Below are positions 62,311 through 64,000 of a stretch of 64,000 nucleotides of DNA, piece by piece. Source of the stretch: Selaginella moellendorffii (taxonomy: Eukaryota; Plantae; Lycopodiophyta). The DNA is taken from positions 248,001 to 312,000 of the forward strand of contig NW_003314275.1 of the NCBI RefSeq assembly GCF_000143415.4, in the 5' to 3' direction. Both the position numbers and the translations under genes were made by a program. The notes under the pieces were generated by a model, which was given only the letters and a program-made list of their open reading frames with translations, was not told where the DNA came from and ran no database searches. The stretch's first letter is position 1. Each line of letters starts with the position of its first letter.

Positions 62311-64000
62311 TCGCGGGAAAACAAAGTTAAGCCCCATCTTCCAGAAGGGTTTAGTGGACAGACTTGCAGCCCCTAGATGCCCAAACAGTGCAACTCTAAA
62401 TGCTACAATTCATAGCGCGCAATCGTTTACCACGGAGCTGTTCGAATCGGAATTTGCGGTGAGGTCCCCAAAGAACAAAACCATGATCATACCACTGAGG
62501 GAAACACGGCATCACTCGGTGAGCACTCCGTGGAGGCCCTCCTGATTTGTGCCATGAGGAAAAGAGGATCGAAAGAGAGGAAGAAAGTAACAAAAACGTG
62601 CTCGGCACTGCAATTTGACGAGAGCCTTTCGAGCGAGTGGTGGGCACAAAGCTGATCTTTACGGCGCGCCAAGAGGGGGTTCTAGCGCATCGACGATGCA
62701 CAGATCCAAAAACCTCGGGTTGCTGTCATCTCAGCAATTGGAGAGCCTGCAAGAGAGAGCGAAACAAATAATTTGGCTTGACTGCTACAGCGCGCAAAGA
62801 GTTGCGAGTCCGGCAGAGGAGACAAAGCTCCAAACAGTGGGGTCAACACAAGGCGCTAAAAAGCATCCCGATCAACAGATCACGGGCGACCGGACACGTC
62901 TGGCCACACACTGTAGAGCGAAGCGACCCGGCTCTGGCGCGCTTCGCAGAAGAGGATTAGTTTTTGTACGGTTTCCGAGAGGAGCTTCTTGTCTGGATAT
63001 GTGTTTCGGGCCTGATCATGGTGTGTCTGATTCGATGAGATTGGGATTCGAATTGGATCCTTATGACGAGCGCTCCAAACAAAGCCCACAAAAGAGATGG
63101 ATCCATCCAGCCATGGACAACGCACAATTGTGATCTCGCACTGCTCCTTGCGCGTCCCGCCACTCGCGGTGGAGGACAAAGCGAAAAAAAAAAAAAGGAG
63201 CGCCAAATCAGGACACGAATCGATCATGTTTGCTAGCCAAAGACCGAATTCGCGAGCTTTGTTCCGGGTTTCCAGACACTGGAAATCATAGCGCCCAGCA
63301 AAATAATTCACACACCCAGAAGAGATTTGGCCGAGTCAAATGATCCCACAACATGATACACCGGGCCCCCCCATTGTCCGCCAACTTGACGCGGGGAATA
63401 TCCCCTGCAAGCCGGAGGAGAATATGCTCCACAGTGCCACGAATATTCGCCTCGAGATTCCCCCCTCGTTGGTCGGTGTTTTCCAATAAGGGAGGAAGAG
63501 ATCTCTCCTCTCCCGGTATTTAAATCCACGCGCTGGAGCGTTGGGATTTAGGTATCGCTCGCCCTTTGGTCTTCGCTACTTTCTTCTTCCCCGTGAAAGA
63601 TTTTCTTCGTTCGCTCGCTGGACTTCTTCTCCCATTTTCTCTACCCGTTTTGACAGATTGGAATCCAGAAGGCTGCAAGGCCGTGTTTTTCCGCGTCTCC
63701 GCTGCTCCATCCTCATAGACAACGTGTGAATCGCGCGGCTTCTCGCGCCCTTCCTCAAGCGCATTCGCCGCCCTTCCTCCCCAATTTCCTCCCTGCCGAG
63801 CTCGTCGCGCCACCAGACTCGGTCACGATCTAGTTGCTTGCTCGCATCCTTAAAAACCAGCGCTCCTCTTTCCTTCTCTCCACTCGCAGAGAGGAAATTT
63901 GGGCCGCGAAGAGCGCGAGCGAGGGGTCTATCACACACCGTTAGAGATCGAACGACTTCCAAACGATCGAAGTTTCTTAGATCGGTCGACGTGATTCGCC

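Noticed and set aside
62400-64000. Several short ORFs at the window end
   Set aside because: No domain similarity; the region looks like promoter/5' UTR sequence of a gene beyond the window.

Overview
Eukaryotic land-plant genomic DNA. The very short introns (about 45-70 nt), tight gene packing and gene content fit a compact lycophyte genome such as Selaginella; this is an inference, not an identification. The first ~27 kb is a nested mobile-element zone. It holds an intact, young 5.0-kb Ty3/gypsy element (174-bp LTRs, 4-bp TSD, tRNA-Ala-type PBS, GGGAAAC slippery site plus H-type pseudoknot for -1 frameshifting) and a decayed copy of the same element. It also holds a 1.8-kb solo LTR carrying a minisatellite, a 584-bp Cassandra-like TRIM with 5S rRNA-derived LTR segments, and a decayed DNA-transposon-like region with ~30 copies of a 22-bp palindrome. 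An intact Crinkler/RHS-type P-loop NTPase + restriction-endonuclease-fold gene sits here too, with an internally deleted sister copy just upstream. From ~28 kb onward the window is gene-dense: purple acid phosphatase, tonoplast sugar transporter, lumenal FKBP, ClpF, class A HSF, an Arg-rich H1/protamine-like protein, ULP1 SUMO protease, OVATE protein, ALDH2B (plus pseudogene), PTP1-like phosphatase, F-box pseudogene, PB1-TM protein, THA8-like protein (plus fragment) and cytosolic aldolase. This part also contains an intron-bearing, disrupted isocyanide-synthase (PvcA/Dit1) homolog, a family typical of bacteria and fungi. Spans of multi-exon genes are start-to-stop with introns included.
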